A stretch of DNA of 64,000 nucleotides from Candidatus Krumholzibacteriota bacterium (lineage in GTDB: Bacteria > Krumholzibacteriota > Krumholzibacteriia > JAJRXK01): contig CAWDWO010000004.1 of assembly GCA_963806035.1 (NCBI GenBank), forward strand, positions 1-64,000, written 5' to 3'. The notes under the pieces were generated by a model. That model was not told where the DNA came from. It did not search any database and saw only the letters and a program-made list of their open reading frames with translations. Of the stretch, positions 24,659 through 34,638 are shown piece by piece. Position 1 is the first letter of the stretch. Each line of letters opens with the position of its first letter. Position numbers and translations under genes: made by a program.

Positions 24659-26197
24659 TCAGTGAGCCTTGCCCATGAGTCGTGCCGTCGCATCGAGGCC
24701 TGCTGCGCCTGAGGCGGTAAACGAGATTCCCCAGCTCGCCTTGGCTGACAGCCAACCGTTCTTCCCTCCCGCCAGCACTTGCTCGAAGCCAGCAACGTTC
24801 TGCACGTCGTTGGGATTCGACTCCAGATAGCTCGTCCCGTAGGTGTCGTTCAGGGCCATCGCGAACCACTCCGCGATTGCGCTGTACCCCTTCTCACTGG
24901 GGTGAATGCCATCGAGACTGAACGCGCTGTTGACGTTCTGCTCCGGCTTTCCGTCCCCCGTCAGGTCGAGCCAGGGAAAGACGCCGTTGAGCGTGGCGTA
25001 GGTCTGCGGGTCCTGGGGATCGCGCGGAAGAGCGAGCATCCTCGCGTTCACGTCCACCAGGGCCCAGCCGCGCGCCTGCGCCTGCTGGGCGATGATCGCG
25101 TTGTAGGCGGCAATCTGTCCCTGAACGGCGTCCCATTCGGACTGGGTGATGGTGTACTCGCCCGGGATGCTCTCAGTCCCGCCGGCCGGCGCCAGATAAT
25201 CCGGACCCAAGGGAGGATCCAATTCGCTCGCGGCGGGCAGCAGGACGTAGATCACGTCGCTCTCGTCGGTCGTCCAGGGCACGAATCCCACGTTGGGCAC
25301 ATCGCTTCCCAGGGGAACCGTCGTGACGTAGGGCAGGGTGGACTGCAGGTTGGCCAGGGCGATTTGCGCGTTGGGCGCGAAGGAAGCCACCCGATCCAGG
25401 ATGCTCGCATACATTCCCTCCCACACGCTGGAGGGCGTCACGTTTACTCCGACCACCGGATTGCCGGTGAGGACCCCGCCCAGAATGTCGTTGTCGCCGA
25501 TCCAGACGGTGATGATCCGCGGAATGCTGACCGCGTTGATGGGCGCGCCGGTATTGGGATCCTGTCCCACGATCGTCTCGCGGGTAAAATGCGCTTCGAG
25601 CTGATCCAGCTGCGAGGTGTCAAAGGGTGGCAGAGCGGAATTGCGCAGAATGAGATCGAAGAAGGCGTTGTCGCCGGCCTGGCTGCTGGCCGCATCGAGT
25701 GCGGAATAGGCGTCCATGGTGGTGGCGCCGGGTACCCCCAGATTGTCATAGGGCAAGGGATAGCTGGCGTTGTAGAGCAGAGTCGCCGGATCCACGCTGA
25801 GAGAGTCCCGTGTGATCTCTCCGCTCACTCCGTCCACGTAGAGAGACGACATTCCCAGCTCGCTGCCGATTCCGGTCTGCTGCTGGGTGGGATCGCCCGT
25901 GAAGACCAGCGGCAATTGCATGTACACCGGCAACTGCGCGGAAATCGGCGGGCCGCCCACCAGTGCGGTCAGGACCTGCGGGAAGCCCGCGAGTTGTCCG
26001 GTGATGGCCAGTCCGCCGTTCTGAAATCCCGCGGTGAGGCTGTTCCCGATCGAGACCACCGGACGCGCTGCTCGCAAGTCCGAGCTCGTGAGCGGAATGT
26101 CCGGAGCGTTCGGCTGATCCACGCTGCAGCCTGAGAGACTGCCGGCGGCCAGGAGAAGCAGCGCTGCCAGCGCGATGAGGATGTGTTGCGTTCGCAT
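24659..26197 (-). CDS. SGNH/GDSL-family hydrolase lipoprotein
   Basis: Lipobox LSGC; IGNSLTAG, NLGVPGA, WIGDND, FSLDGIHP. Confidence 0.85.
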   Translation of the reverse strand: MRTQHILIALAALLLLAAGSLSGCSVDQPNAPDIPLTSSDLRAARPVVSIGNSLTAGFQNGGLAITGQLAGFPQVLTALVGGPPISAQLPVYMQLPLVFTGDPTQQQTGIGSELGMSSLYVDGVSGEITRDSLSVDPATLLYNASYPLPYDNLGVPGATTMDAYSALDAASSQAGDNAFFDLILRNSALPPFDTSQLDQLEAHFTRETIVGQDPNTGAPINAVSIPRIITVWIGDNDILGGVLTGNPVVGVNVTPSSVWEGMYASILDRVASFAPNAQIALANLQSTLPYVTTVPLGSDVPNVGFVPWTTDESDVIYVLLPAASELDPPLGPDYLAPAGGTESIPGEYTITQSEWDAVQGQIAAYNAIIAQQAQARGWALVDVNARMLALPRDPQDPQTYATLNGVFPWLDLTGDGKPEQNVNSAFSLDGIHPSEKGYSAIAEWFAMALNDTYGTSYLESNPNDVQNVAGFEQVLAGGKNGWLSAKASWGISFTASGAAGLDATARLMGKAH

Positions 26198-26208
26198 GCT
26201 GTGCCTCC

Positions 26209-27525
26209 TTAGAAGCGGCGGGTGTAGCCGAGGGTGATGATGTGGGCGCGGCTGGAGTACGCACCGTCCAGTCCGTCGTAGTTCTGGCCCACACCGTTTT
26301 CGATAGTGTTGCGGTCCTCGAACTCCACCAGCATGTATCCGCCCGTGAGATCGTAGCGGCCGTCTCGAGAGGTCCAGGTCACGCCCAGGCTGTAGTCGTT
26401 GCGGTTGGCGTCGGGCAAAAGCGGCGAAATGGATCCCGTGGGCTGGGGCGTCGTGTCGTGCACGTAACCCGCCATGAAGCGCAATTGGTCGCTGTGCCGG
26501 TATTCGCCGCCCACGCGAATCTGCCAGGCGTTCTCGTAGTTTTCCGTCAGGGTCTCGCTGCTGCCGTCGGCAAACTCCAAAGTGACCTGATCAAAGGTCG
26601 ACCAGCCGACCAGCACGTAGTCCGCTTCCAAGGCGAAGCGCGGCGAGAACTCGTAACGCACCGCACTCATGAAGAGATCGGGGAAATCCAAGTCCCCGCT
26701 GACGCCCTGTGTGCCCAATTTGCTTCCCAAAGCCGCGGTCACCGCGGCATCGATGCTCTGAGAACCGGTGAGCCTCTGCGTGACGGTGGCATCCGCGCCC
26801 CGGAATTTGTTAGTGACTCCCATTTTGTAGTTCAGACCCAGAGTCAGTGGATCGATCGGCTTGTACATCAGTGCCGCCGCCAGCCCCATGCTCACATGGC
26901 TCGTCCCGTTGATCTTCACGTCCGCGATGTTCAGGTCGTCCGCCCCCGTTCCCAGGTTGGCGGTCGCGATGTTCTCCAGGGTGAGGTGGGTGATCACCGC
27001 GTGAGCGCCGATCGAGAGCGCGAGTCGGCGATGCGGTTGGTAGCTCACGACGGGACTCAGGTAGTAGCCCTGAATCTCGGCGTTGCTGGAGAGAGGACGA
27101 CCCGCGAAGGTGTCCTTGCGGTCCCAGTCGACCCCCAAACCGAAGGGAGTGAAAACGCCGAAACCGGCCGACCAGTCGCCCTTCTTGTAGCTGAGGTAGG
27201 CTCCGGTGGGAAAGAACCACTTGCCCGCGGTCGCGCTCTGCACATCCCCGGGATAGCTGAGCGCGGTGGCCCCGGCCGATCGCGTGAATTTGGATTCGGG
27301 ATGCAGGGGAGAGACGTTCAGCGAGAGCTGCCAGCCTTCGGGTTGAAACGAGAGACCGGCCGGATTGAAGAAAATCGCGGAGGGATCGTCCGCGGTGGCG
27401 GTGAATGCGCCCCCCAAGGCAGTGGCGCGCGATCCCATCTCGTAGATGTTGAAACCGGCGGCCCACGCACTGGGCAGAGGAGCAAACAGGACCGCCAAGG
27501 CGATCAGGACAAGCTGTCTTTTCAC
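26209..27525 (-). CDS. fadL: OmpP1/FadL-family outer-membrane transporter
   Basis: Signal peptide, AGFNIYE, FFNPAGL, TPFGLG, LPDANR, C-terminal YTRRF; GTG start after AGGAGG. Confidence 0.9.
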   Translation of the reverse strand: MKRQLVLIALAVLFAPLPSAWAAGFNIYEMGSRATALGGAFTATADDPSAIFFNPAGLSFQPEGWQLSLNVSPLHPESKFTRSAGATALSYPGDVQSATAGKWFFPTGAYLSYKKGDWSAGFGVFTPFGLGVDWDRKDTFAGRPLSSNAEIQGYYLSPVVSYQPHRRLALSIGAHAVITHLTLENIATANLGTGADDLNIADVKINGTSHVSMGLAAALMYKPIDPLTLGLNYKMGVTNKFRGADATVTQRLTGSQSIDAAVTAALGSKLGTQGVSGDLDFPDLFMSAVRYEFSPRFALEADYVLVGWSTFDQVTLEFADGSSETLTENYENAWQIRVGGEYRHSDQLRFMAGYVHDTTPQPTGSISPLLPDANRNDYSLGVTWTSRDGRYDLTGGYMLVEFEDRNTIENGVGQNYDGLDGAYSSRAHIITLGYTRRF

Positions 27526-27715
27526 TGGCACCTCCTGGATCCGAGCGCGATCAGCATCACGCTAAACAGACCACAATATCTGATGTGGTCCCGAGTTTCT
27601 CGGACCCGGGGCAGGATGTCCAACGCTAATCTGGGCCCTGAGGGGCAAGTCCGCCGTTCTGGCCTTTTTCGGCCCCAGGCCCTAGTCTAGGGATTCCCGG
27701 CATGAGGAGCTTGGC

Positions 27716-29059
27716 TTGATCCTGGAACGATGTACACGCACTCTCAGCTTGCCCGAGGCCCCTCTTGCCGTGCTGAACACCCTGCATCGCGCCGGTTTCC
27801 GCGCCCTGGCGGTGGGCGGCGCCGTCCGCGATGCCCTTTTGGGCCTGGCCGCCAAGGACGTGGACCTCGCCACCTCCGCCACTCCGCGTGAAGTTGCCGA
27901 GCTCTTCCCTCACTCCCACGAGGTCGGCGCCCGCTTCGGCGTCATGCTCGTGATCGAAGACGGCGTGGCGGTCGAGGTTGCCACCTTTCGCACCGAGAGC
28001 GGGTACGAGGACGGACGTCATCCCGAGCGAGTCGAATTTGGCGAGCTCGAGCAGGACGCGGCCCGGCGTGACTTCACCGTCAACGGCCTCTACTACGATC
28101 CCCTGCAGGACGAAATCATCGATCCCGTTGGCGGGATGAAGGACCTTCAGGCCAAAGTCCTGCGAACGATCGGTGATGCCTCGCGGCGTTTCGAAGAGGA
28201 CCACCTGAGAGTCCTGCGGGCCGCCCGCTTCGCCGCCCAACTGGATTTCACCATCGAGAGCAGCACATGGGTAGCGCTGCGAGAGCATTCTGCTCGCTTG
28301 CATCGCATCAGTGCGGAGCGCGTGCGCGCCGAGCTCGAGGCGATGCTGCTGGGACCCAGACCGGCGCTTGGCCTGAGAATTCTGCACTACTGCGGCATCC
28401 TCGAAGTGGTGCTCCCGGAAGTCGAAGCGATGATCGGAGTCCAGCAGCCCGTCGACTTCCATCCCGAGGGTGACGTCTTCGTGCACACATGCTTGGCCCT
28501 TGAAGTCTTGCGGCCCCAGACTACCGCGCTGGCCTGGGGGGCCCTGCTCCACGACGTGGGAAAGCCACTGACCTTCAGTGTCAAGGACCGCATCCGATTC
28601 GATCGTCACGTTCCGGTGGGCATGGAAGTGGCCGAGAATATCCTGCGTCGTCTGCGTTGCGATCGCAACACGATCGAACGAGTGGTAGCCCTGATCCGCG
28701 AGCATCTGCGATTCGCCGCGGTGATGAAGATGCGTCCGGCGACTTTGAAACGTTTTCTGCGCCAGGAGAACTTCGCCGATCACTTGGCCCTGCACCGGGC
28801 GGATTGTCTCTCTTCCCACGGGGATCTCTCGCTCTACGATTTTTGTTTGGAGCAACTCGAAGTGCTCCGGGAGGAAGGCCTCAGACCCAGCTCGCTCCTG
28901 AGCGGACGAGATTTGATTTCGATGGGTTTCACCCCCGGACCGCTCCTGGGCACCATCCTGCACGCAGTGGAGGACGAGCAGCTCGAAGGACGCCTGCGGA
29001 CGGCCGAGGAGGCCAAGGCCTTCGTCAACGCGCGCTGGCAGCCCGGCTCGAGCGCTTGA
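27716..29059 (+). CDS. cca: CCA-adding tRNA nucleotidyltransferase with HD domain
   Basis: VGGAVRD, DVDLAT, EVATFR, RRDFTVN, EDHLRVLRAARF, LLHDVGK. Confidence 0.92.
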   Translation: MILERCTRTLSLPEAPLAVLNTLHRAGFRALAVGGAVRDALLGLAAKDVDLATSATPREVAELFPHSHEVGARFGVMLVIEDGVAVEVATFRTESGYEDGRHPERVEFGELEQDAARRDFTVNGLYYDPLQDEIIDPVGGMKDLQAKVLRTIGDASRRFEEDHLRVLRAARFAAQLDFTIESSTWVALREHSARLHRISAERVRAELEAMLLGPRPALGLRILHYCGILEVVLPEVEAMIGVQQPVDFHPEGDVFVHTCLALEVLRPQTTALAWGALLHDVGKPLTFSVKDRIRFDRHVPVGMEVAENILRRLRCDRNTIERVVALIREHLRFAAVMKMRPATLKRFLRQENFADHLALHRADCLSSHGDLSLYDFCLEQLEVLREEGLRPSSLLSGRDLISMGFTPGPLLGTILHAVEDEQLEGRLRTAEEAKAFVNARWQPGSSA

Positions 29060-29068
29060 ATCGCCACC

Positions 29069-29794
29069 TCAACTGAGCTCGTGGGGTGGCACGAGCGCCG
29101 ACTCGTGCACGAGCCGTGCTCCCGCGTGGCGCTCGAAGGCCTCGGTGAGCGCTTCGGCCGTGCTGAGGACGCGCTCGAGCTCGCAATCGGAGGGCGCGAA
29201 TACCACCGCCAAGAGTCTCGAGCTCGAGGCCGTCACGCGGGTACGAGAGGAATCGCTGGTCGGTGAACCAAAAGCACCCAACTCGTCCGCGATACACAAC
29301 CTTCCCTCCAGATGAACCGGGCCCTTGCGGATTCCCGGATACTCTTCAGCAGGCAAACCCTCGCGGATCCAAGCCACCTCGCCCTCGATCTTCTCGCGGT
29401 CGTAGAGGCCGATCGGCAACAGGGTCTTGAGCGAGGCCAGGTTGCCCGCGTCGACCACGTTGTTCAGGTGATAGAGTTCTTTGCCCTGCAGAGCCCGCTT
29501 GAGCAGGGCCTCGCTGGAAGGCCGGGTGGAGGTGGGATCGATTCCGAAGGAGCGATAGAGGCGGCGCGCGTGGGCGACGCCTTCGACCTGACCCACGCTC
29601 AGCGTCGCGAACCGCGCGCGCAGTCGTGTCGCGAGTTCCACGAGCTCTCGGTAGGCACTCTCGTCTTCATCAACTCGCGCATGATCGTACCACAGGGCGT
29701 GCGCGCGAACGCGCCCCGCGAGGCTCTGCGACAATCGAACCGATGGTCGTGGTAACTCTTTACTTGACATTTTTTCGATCCGCGTCTGGGTCAT
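29069..29794 (-). CDS. Free-standing B3/B4 (PheRS editing-like) domain protein
   Basis: YRSFGIDPTSTRPSSEALLKR, NNVVDAGNLAS, IGLYD, GSPTSDS. Confidence 0.85.
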   Translation of the reverse strand: MTQTRIEKMSSKELPRPSVRLSQSLAGRVRAHALWYDHARVDEDESAYRELVELATRLRARFATLSVGQVEGVAHARRLYRSFGIDPTSTRPSSEALLKRALQGKELYHLNNVVDAGNLASLKTLLPIGLYDREKIEGEVAWIREGLPAEEYPGIRKGPVHLEGRLCIADELGAFGSPTSDSSRTRVTASSSRLLAVVFAPSDCELERVLSTAEALTEAFERHAGARLVHESALVPPHELS

Positions 29795-29946
29795 CTTGCT
29801 CACTTGGCGTCTGGTGGTTGACAGAATGCCTCGCTCCACGAATTCTTTAGGGAAGGCAAAATGCCGCGTCGGGTCTCGCCAGACTCGATGAGAGTGAAGG
29901 CTCTCTTTGGCGGCGTCAAGAGACCGCAAGAGAATGAGTTCGCACG

Positions 29947-31239
29947 ATGATCGATTTCGAACAGAGGGGAATTCTCCGTAGCGCCCAGCGCTTCCTCGGT
30001 CCGTTCAAACGGCCCGCCGAGGAAATCTCCGTGCGCGATTTCCAAGCGGTCGTCGATTTCCTGCTGGCACATTCGGGGGGCACCGAGGCACTGCTGAACG
30101 AGCTGTGTTCGTGGGAAGACCGAGAGCTGGATTCCTTCTTGGGTGCAAGCTGGCGCTCGGGGGTTCCCGAAGCCCGTGAACTCGCGGCGCAGCTCTTGAT
30201 GCGCCGCGGTTGTGTCGGACTCGTTTTCCGCCTGGAAGAAATTTTGCGGGACGAGGATGGTGCCCGTTGGCTGACCGAAGTCCTGAGCGAGGTCGATGAC
30301 GACGAGAGTACGCGCCTCCTGATTCAAATGCTCGATCACGGAGAGCTGGAAGTCCGTCGCGCCGCCAGCAGAGGCCTCTACCAGCACCGCACTCGACTCG
30401 ACGCGCGCGAATTCGTGCGTCACCTCGCGCGGCCTCTGGTCCAGCAACTGGCCCACCCGCAGCCCAATGCTTCGGTCCGATGCCTGCATCGCATCGCCGA
30501 TCGCGCGCTCGAGCCGGATTTCGGAAAGGACGCGGCGCGGCGCGCGGAGCGCGTGCTCATCAACTGCGTCCGGCACGAAACTCGAGCTTCGGTCAGGGGA
30601 GACGCAGTAGCCGCGCTCGGTGAAATCGGCAGCAAGAGCGCGGTCCGCTGCCTGGTGGACATGCTGGCGAGAGAAGATGCGTCGTTCCACCGGGAAGTGG
30701 TCATTGCGCTGCGCAAGATCCATCCGCAGCGAGCGCTCATGGCACTCTTGGGGCTTCTGCAGAGCCGAGACCCGATCATTCGGGAAGAGGCCGCGAACGC
30801 GCTGGGCGCCATAGGTAACCCACGGGCAGTGAAGCGGCTACGCGTCCTCTTGGACGACGAGAACGCGGACGTGAGGCAAGAAGCAGTGTTGGCGCTGGGA
30901 CGGCTGGGAGGACGCGAAGTACTGGTGAGTCTGGAAAAGGCCCTTCAGGATCCGGATCCCTCGGTGCGCATCTCGGCCTGCTCCGCCCTGGCCCTCAGTC
31001 TGGGCGACCGCGCTCAAGGAAAGCTCATCCGCGCGCTCTACGACACTGCGGCCGGCGTCCGCTCCGAGGCCGCTTTCCACCTGGGAAGCTTGGGAGATGA
31101 GGGAGTCCGAGTCCATCTGGAGGGGAGATTGCTCGACCTGGAGCGCGATGGATTCGGGGAACCGGTGGCTCGGGAAGCCCGGCGTTCGATCTTCAGGATC
31201 GACCTCATGGCGGCGCGCCGCAAACGCGCCCTTCGCTAG
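29947..31239 (+). CDS. HEAT-repeat protein
   Basis: Repeated D..VR..A..ALG.IG units; upstream TTGACA-N17-AATTCT. Confidence 0.85.
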   Translation: MIDFEQRGILRSAQRFLGPFKRPAEEISVRDFQAVVDFLLAHSGGTEALLNELCSWEDRELDSFLGASWRSGVPEARELAAQLLMRRGCVGLVFRLEEILRDEDGARWLTEVLSEVDDDESTRLLIQMLDHGELEVRRAASRGLYQHRTRLDAREFVRHLARPLVQQLAHPQPNASVRCLHRIADRALEPDFGKDAARRAERVLINCVRHETRASVRGDAVAALGEIGSKSAVRCLVDMLAREDASFHREVVIALRKIHPQRALMALLGLLQSRDPIIREEAANALGAIGNPRAVKRLRVLLDDENADVRQEAVLALGRLGGREVLVSLEKALQDPDPSVRISACSALALSLGDRAQGKLIRALYDTAAGVRSEAAFHLGSLGDEGVRVHLEGRLLDLERDGFGEPVAREARRSIFRIDLMAARRKRALR

Positions 31240-32246
31240 CGCCCCGAATACATCCGCTGGTAGTAGGCGCGGTACTCTCCGCTGCGCACTTGCTCGAGCC
31301 ACTCGCCGTGCTCAAGATACCATTGCACGGTTTCCGCCAGACCTTCCTCGAAACCCATCTGGGGCCTCCAACCGAGCTCCTGCGTGATCTTGCTGGCATC
31401 GATGGCGTAACGGCGGTCGTGGCCGGGCCGGTCTCCCACGTAACGAATGAGACTCTCCGGCTTGCCGAGAATTTCCAGCAGACGGCGTACGACCTGGATG
31501 TTTTCGCGCTGACTGTCTCCCCCAATGTTGTAGATCTCACCCGGGCGCCCCTCCTTCAGAACCGCTTCGATCGCGCTGCAGTGGTCCCGGACGTACAGCC
31601 AGTCCCGCACGTTCTTTCCGTCTCCGTACACCGGCAGCGGCTCTTCCTGCAGGGCATTGGAAATCATCAGAGGAATGAGCTTCTCGGGAAACTGATAGGG
31701 CCCATAGTTGTTGCTACAACGTGTGACGATCACCGGTAGGCCGAAGGTGTGGTGATAGGCGCGGCAGAGGAGATCCGCCGAGGCCTTGGAGGCCGAATAG
31801 GGGCTATTGGGGGCAAGCGGCGTGTTCTCGCTGAAGGCCTCCTCCTGCGGGCCTAGACTCCCGTAGACCTCATCGGTCGAAACCATGACGAAGCGCATCC
31901 CGCCCAGTTCCCTGGCGCGCTCCAGCAGAACTTGCGTACCCAGGACGTTCGTCTCCAGGAAGATTCTGGCCCCTTCGATGGAACGATCCACGTGACTCTC
32001 GGCCGCGAAATGGACGATGGCGTCGAAGCTGTCGTCGAGGGCGTTCGTGAGCTCCTGTGGATTGCTCACGTCCCCTTTCACGAAGCGATAGCGAGGATCG
32101 TCCTTGAGCTGGGCCAGGTTCTCCAGATTTCCGGCGTAGGTGAGCGCATCGTAATTCGTGAGCTCCCAGTCGGAGTCGCTGGAGAGGAGATGGTGGATGA
32201 AATTGCTGCCGATGAATCCGGCGCCGCCGGTGACGAAGAGTTTCAT
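31236..32246 (-). CDS. rfbB: dTDP-glucose 4,6-dehydratase
   Basis: VTGGAGFIG, FAAESHVDRSI, STDEVYG, YSASK, RCSNNYGP, DRPGHDRRY. Confidence 0.97.
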   Translation of the reverse strand: MKLFVTGGAGFIGSNFIHHLLSSDSDWELTNYDALTYAGNLENLAQLKDDPRYRFVKGDVSNPQELTNALDDSFDAIVHFAAESHVDRSIEGARIFLETNVLGTQVLLERARELGGMRFVMVSTDEVYGSLGPQEEAFSENTPLAPNSPYSASKASADLLCRAYHHTFGLPVIVTRCSNNYGPYQFPEKLIPLMISNALQEEPLPVYGDGKNVRDWLYVRDHCSAIEAVLKEGRPGEIYNIGGDSQRENIQVVRRLLEILGKPESLIRYVGDRPGHDRRYAIDASKITQELGWRPQMGFEEGLAETVQWYLEHGEWLEQVRSGEYRAYYQRMYSGR

Positions 32247-32255
32247 GGATTCTTC

Positions 32256-32987
32256 CTAGGGGTTGTTGGCGCCGGTCTGAGCCACGAGTTTGCTGGCACG
32301 CAGCAGGGAATCGAAAGTACCCGCGTCGCTCCACCAGCCTTCGAGTTCAGCCCAGTGCATCTCCCCCCATTCGATGTAGGCATTGTTGACGTCGGTGATC
32401 TCGAGTTCTCCGCGGTGGCTGGGCTCGAGGGTCTCGATGATCTGGAAGACGCGCTGATCAAAAACGTAGATGCCGGTCACCGCGTAGTTGCTCTGGGGCT
32501 TCTTCGGCTTCTCCTCGATGCCGACCACTTTCTCGTTCTCGAAGACGGCAACTCCGAAGCGCTCGGGATCATCCACCTGCTTGAGAAAGATCTGTGCACC
32601 ACTTCCCCCGCGCTGGTGGTAGGACTCGATGCCGGGACGTATGCTCTTTTCGAAGATGTTGTCGCCCAGGATGACGCAGATCGGATCGTTCCCCGCGAAG
32701 TAGCGCGCGAGTCTCAGCGCGTCGGCGATGCCCCCCTCTCCTTCCTGGTAAGTGTAGTTGATCGCGGGCAATCCGAAGGCACTGCCGTTGCCGAGCAACT
32801 TCAGAAAGTCTCCCGCGCTGTTCCCGCCCGTCACCACCAGGATGTCTTTGATCCCCGCGCTGACCAGCGCCTCGATGGGATAGTAGATCATCGGCTTTTT
32901 GTAGATGGGCAGGAGGTGCTTGTTGGTCACCTTCGTCAGAGGGTGAAGTCGCGTTCCCAATCCGCCGGCGAGAATGACGCCTTTCAT
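32256..32987 (-). CDS. rfbA: Glucose-1-phosphate thymidylyltransferase (short form)
   Basis: ILAGGLGTRLHPLT, KHLLPIY, LGDNIF, EEKP, RGELEITD, WSDAGT. Confidence 0.9.
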   Translation of the reverse strand: MKGVILAGGLGTRLHPLTKVTNKHLLPIYKKPMIYYPIEALVSAGIKDILVVTGGNSAGDFLKLLGNGSAFGLPAINYTYQEGEGGIADALRLARYFAGNDPICVILGDNIFEKSIRPGIESYHQRGGSGAQIFLKQVDDPERFGVAVFENEKVVGIEEKPKKPQSNYAVTGIYVFDQRVFQIIETLEPSHRGELEITDVNNAYIEWGEMHWAELEGWWSDAGTFDSLLRASKLVAQTGANNP

Positions 32988-33018
32988 CGTTGCCTACTTC
33001 CTCGGTCTGTCTGAAGAA

Positions 33019-33846
33019 TTACGAAGCCGAGCTCCACGCCTCCAAGAACCCGCGCGCGCTCTTTGGATCAACGCCGGCTCCGGCCCGGCCGCCATGCATC
33101 AATGCGCTCCCCACGATGGCGCCATCGACGCGTTTTGACCAGAAGGCCGCGTTCTTTGGGTTGACCCCGCTGGCCACCAGGATGGGAGCATCGGGCAATA
33201 CCTCGCGCAGCTCCTCGGCGAGCGCGGGGTCGGCCGGGAAACCGGTCCCGCCTCCGGTGACCAGAACACAGTCGGCGCGACCGCGCTCGCGCAGCTCCAG
33301 CGCCTCCTCGGCCAGGGGCCGCGGGGCCAGGGAGGCCGCATGCTTGACCCGAAGGTCGGCCAGGACGTGCGTGGAGACGCCGAATTCGCGGCGCAAGCGT
33401 AGAGTCCGCGCCGCCCCACCTTTGAGGATGCCCTGGTCGGTGAGCATCGCACCCAGGTGGACGTTGACGCGAATTCCCCAGGCTCCGGTCGCACACGCGA
33501 TGCTGAGCGCGGATTTGGCGTCGTTCCGCAGGCAGTTCACTCCCAACTTCAGCTCGGGCCACTCCTGCCGCAGGCGCTCCACCACCCGGGTCATCGCGGC
33601 CACCGTGATGGGAGGCACCCGCGAGCCGAAGAACGGGGCGTCGCCGAAGTTCTCCACCATCAGGGCCTTGAAGCCGCTCTTCGCCAGGATTTCCGCGTCA
33701 CGCAGAGCCCTTTCGAGCGCAGAGTCCGGGTTTCCATCGTAGGAGCTTGCCCCGGGCAGCGGCAGCAGGTGAATCATCCCCCAAAGCGGCGGCGAAAGCT
33801 GTTCGCGGAACTCGGCGCGGGAGAGAGGAGGCGTGGGAGTCTTCAT
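33019..33846 (-). CDS. BtpA/SgcQ-family protein
   Basis: GMIHLLPLPG, VENFGDAPF, GVNCLRND, DLRVKHA, VTGGGTG. Confidence 0.9.
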   Translation of the reverse strand: MKTPTPPLSRAEFREQLSPPLWGMIHLLPLPGASSYDGNPDSALERALRDAEILAKSGFKALMVENFGDAPFFGSRVPPITVAAMTRVVERLRQEWPELKLGVNCLRNDAKSALSIACATGAWGIRVNVHLGAMLTDQGILKGGAARTLRLRREFGVSTHVLADLRVKHAASLAPRPLAEEALELRERGRADCVLVTGGGTGFPADPALAEELREVLPDAPILVASGVNPKNAAFWSKRVDGAIVGSALMHGGRAGAGVDPKSARGFLEAWSSAS

Positions 33847-34018
33847 GGCGCGGGCAGGATAGCACGGAGAAGGCCGTCGCCGAAAGAGGCAGCTTGAGGG
33901 CTTGTGGAGGGCGGCTCCACTGGCTATGCTCACTGGCCGTGGGCGAAGCCTTCACCCGCTGATTTCCGCTCTCCTGAAGAGCGCGCGACACCAAAACCTC
34001 AATCCGCGAGGTCAGGCC

Positions 34019-34609
34019 ATGCAACGGCCCTATCCCAAGTCCGGATGGATCGAAGTCATCACCGGCAGCATGTTCAGTGGCAAGAGCGAGGAGCTGATCC
34101 GGCGCCTGCGGCGCGCGGAGATCGCCCGGCAGAGAGTCCAGATCTTCAAGCCGGGTTTGGACGTTCGCTATGACGAGGATCACATCGTCTCGCACAGTCA
34201 GATGAAGCTCCGCTCGGAGGCGGTCGAAAACTCGCAGACATTGATGGAGAGAGTCGACGATCGGGTGGAAGTCATCGGAGTGGACGAAGCCCAGTTCTTC
34301 GACGTCGATCTGGTCGAGGTCTGCAATCGTCTGGCCAATCAGGGCAAGCGCGTGATCGTGGCCGGCCTGGATCGGGACTTCCGCGGGGAGCCTTTCGATG
34401 TGATGGCGCGGCTCTTGGCCACCGCCGAGTACATCACCAAGAGCCTCGCCATCTGCATGGTGTGCGGAGGGCCCGCCGCCTATACCCAGAAGCTCACCGG
34501 TGGACACGACCGGATCGAGATCGGCGCGGCGGGAATGTACGAGGCGCGCTGCCGCTACTGCTTCGAGCCTCCGGCGGAAGAAGCCGAGAAAAAGAGCGCG
34601 AAGAGCTGA
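34019..34609 (+). CDS. tdk: Thymidine kinase
   Basis: GSMFSGKSEEL, VDEAQFF, VAGLDRDFRG, CMVCG, YEARCRYC. Confidence 0.96.
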   Translation: MQRPYPKSGWIEVITGSMFSGKSEELIRRLRRAEIARQRVQIFKPGLDVRYDEDHIVSHSQMKLRSEAVENSQTLMERVDDRVEVIGVDEAQFFDVDLVEVCNRLANQGKRVIVAGLDRDFRGEPFDVMARLLATAEYITKSLAICMVCGGPAAYTQKLTGGHDRIEIGAAGMYEARCRYCFEPPAEEAEKKSAKS

Positions 34610-34638
34610 GCGAGCCAGCCAGGCTCAGTCCGCGCCGG

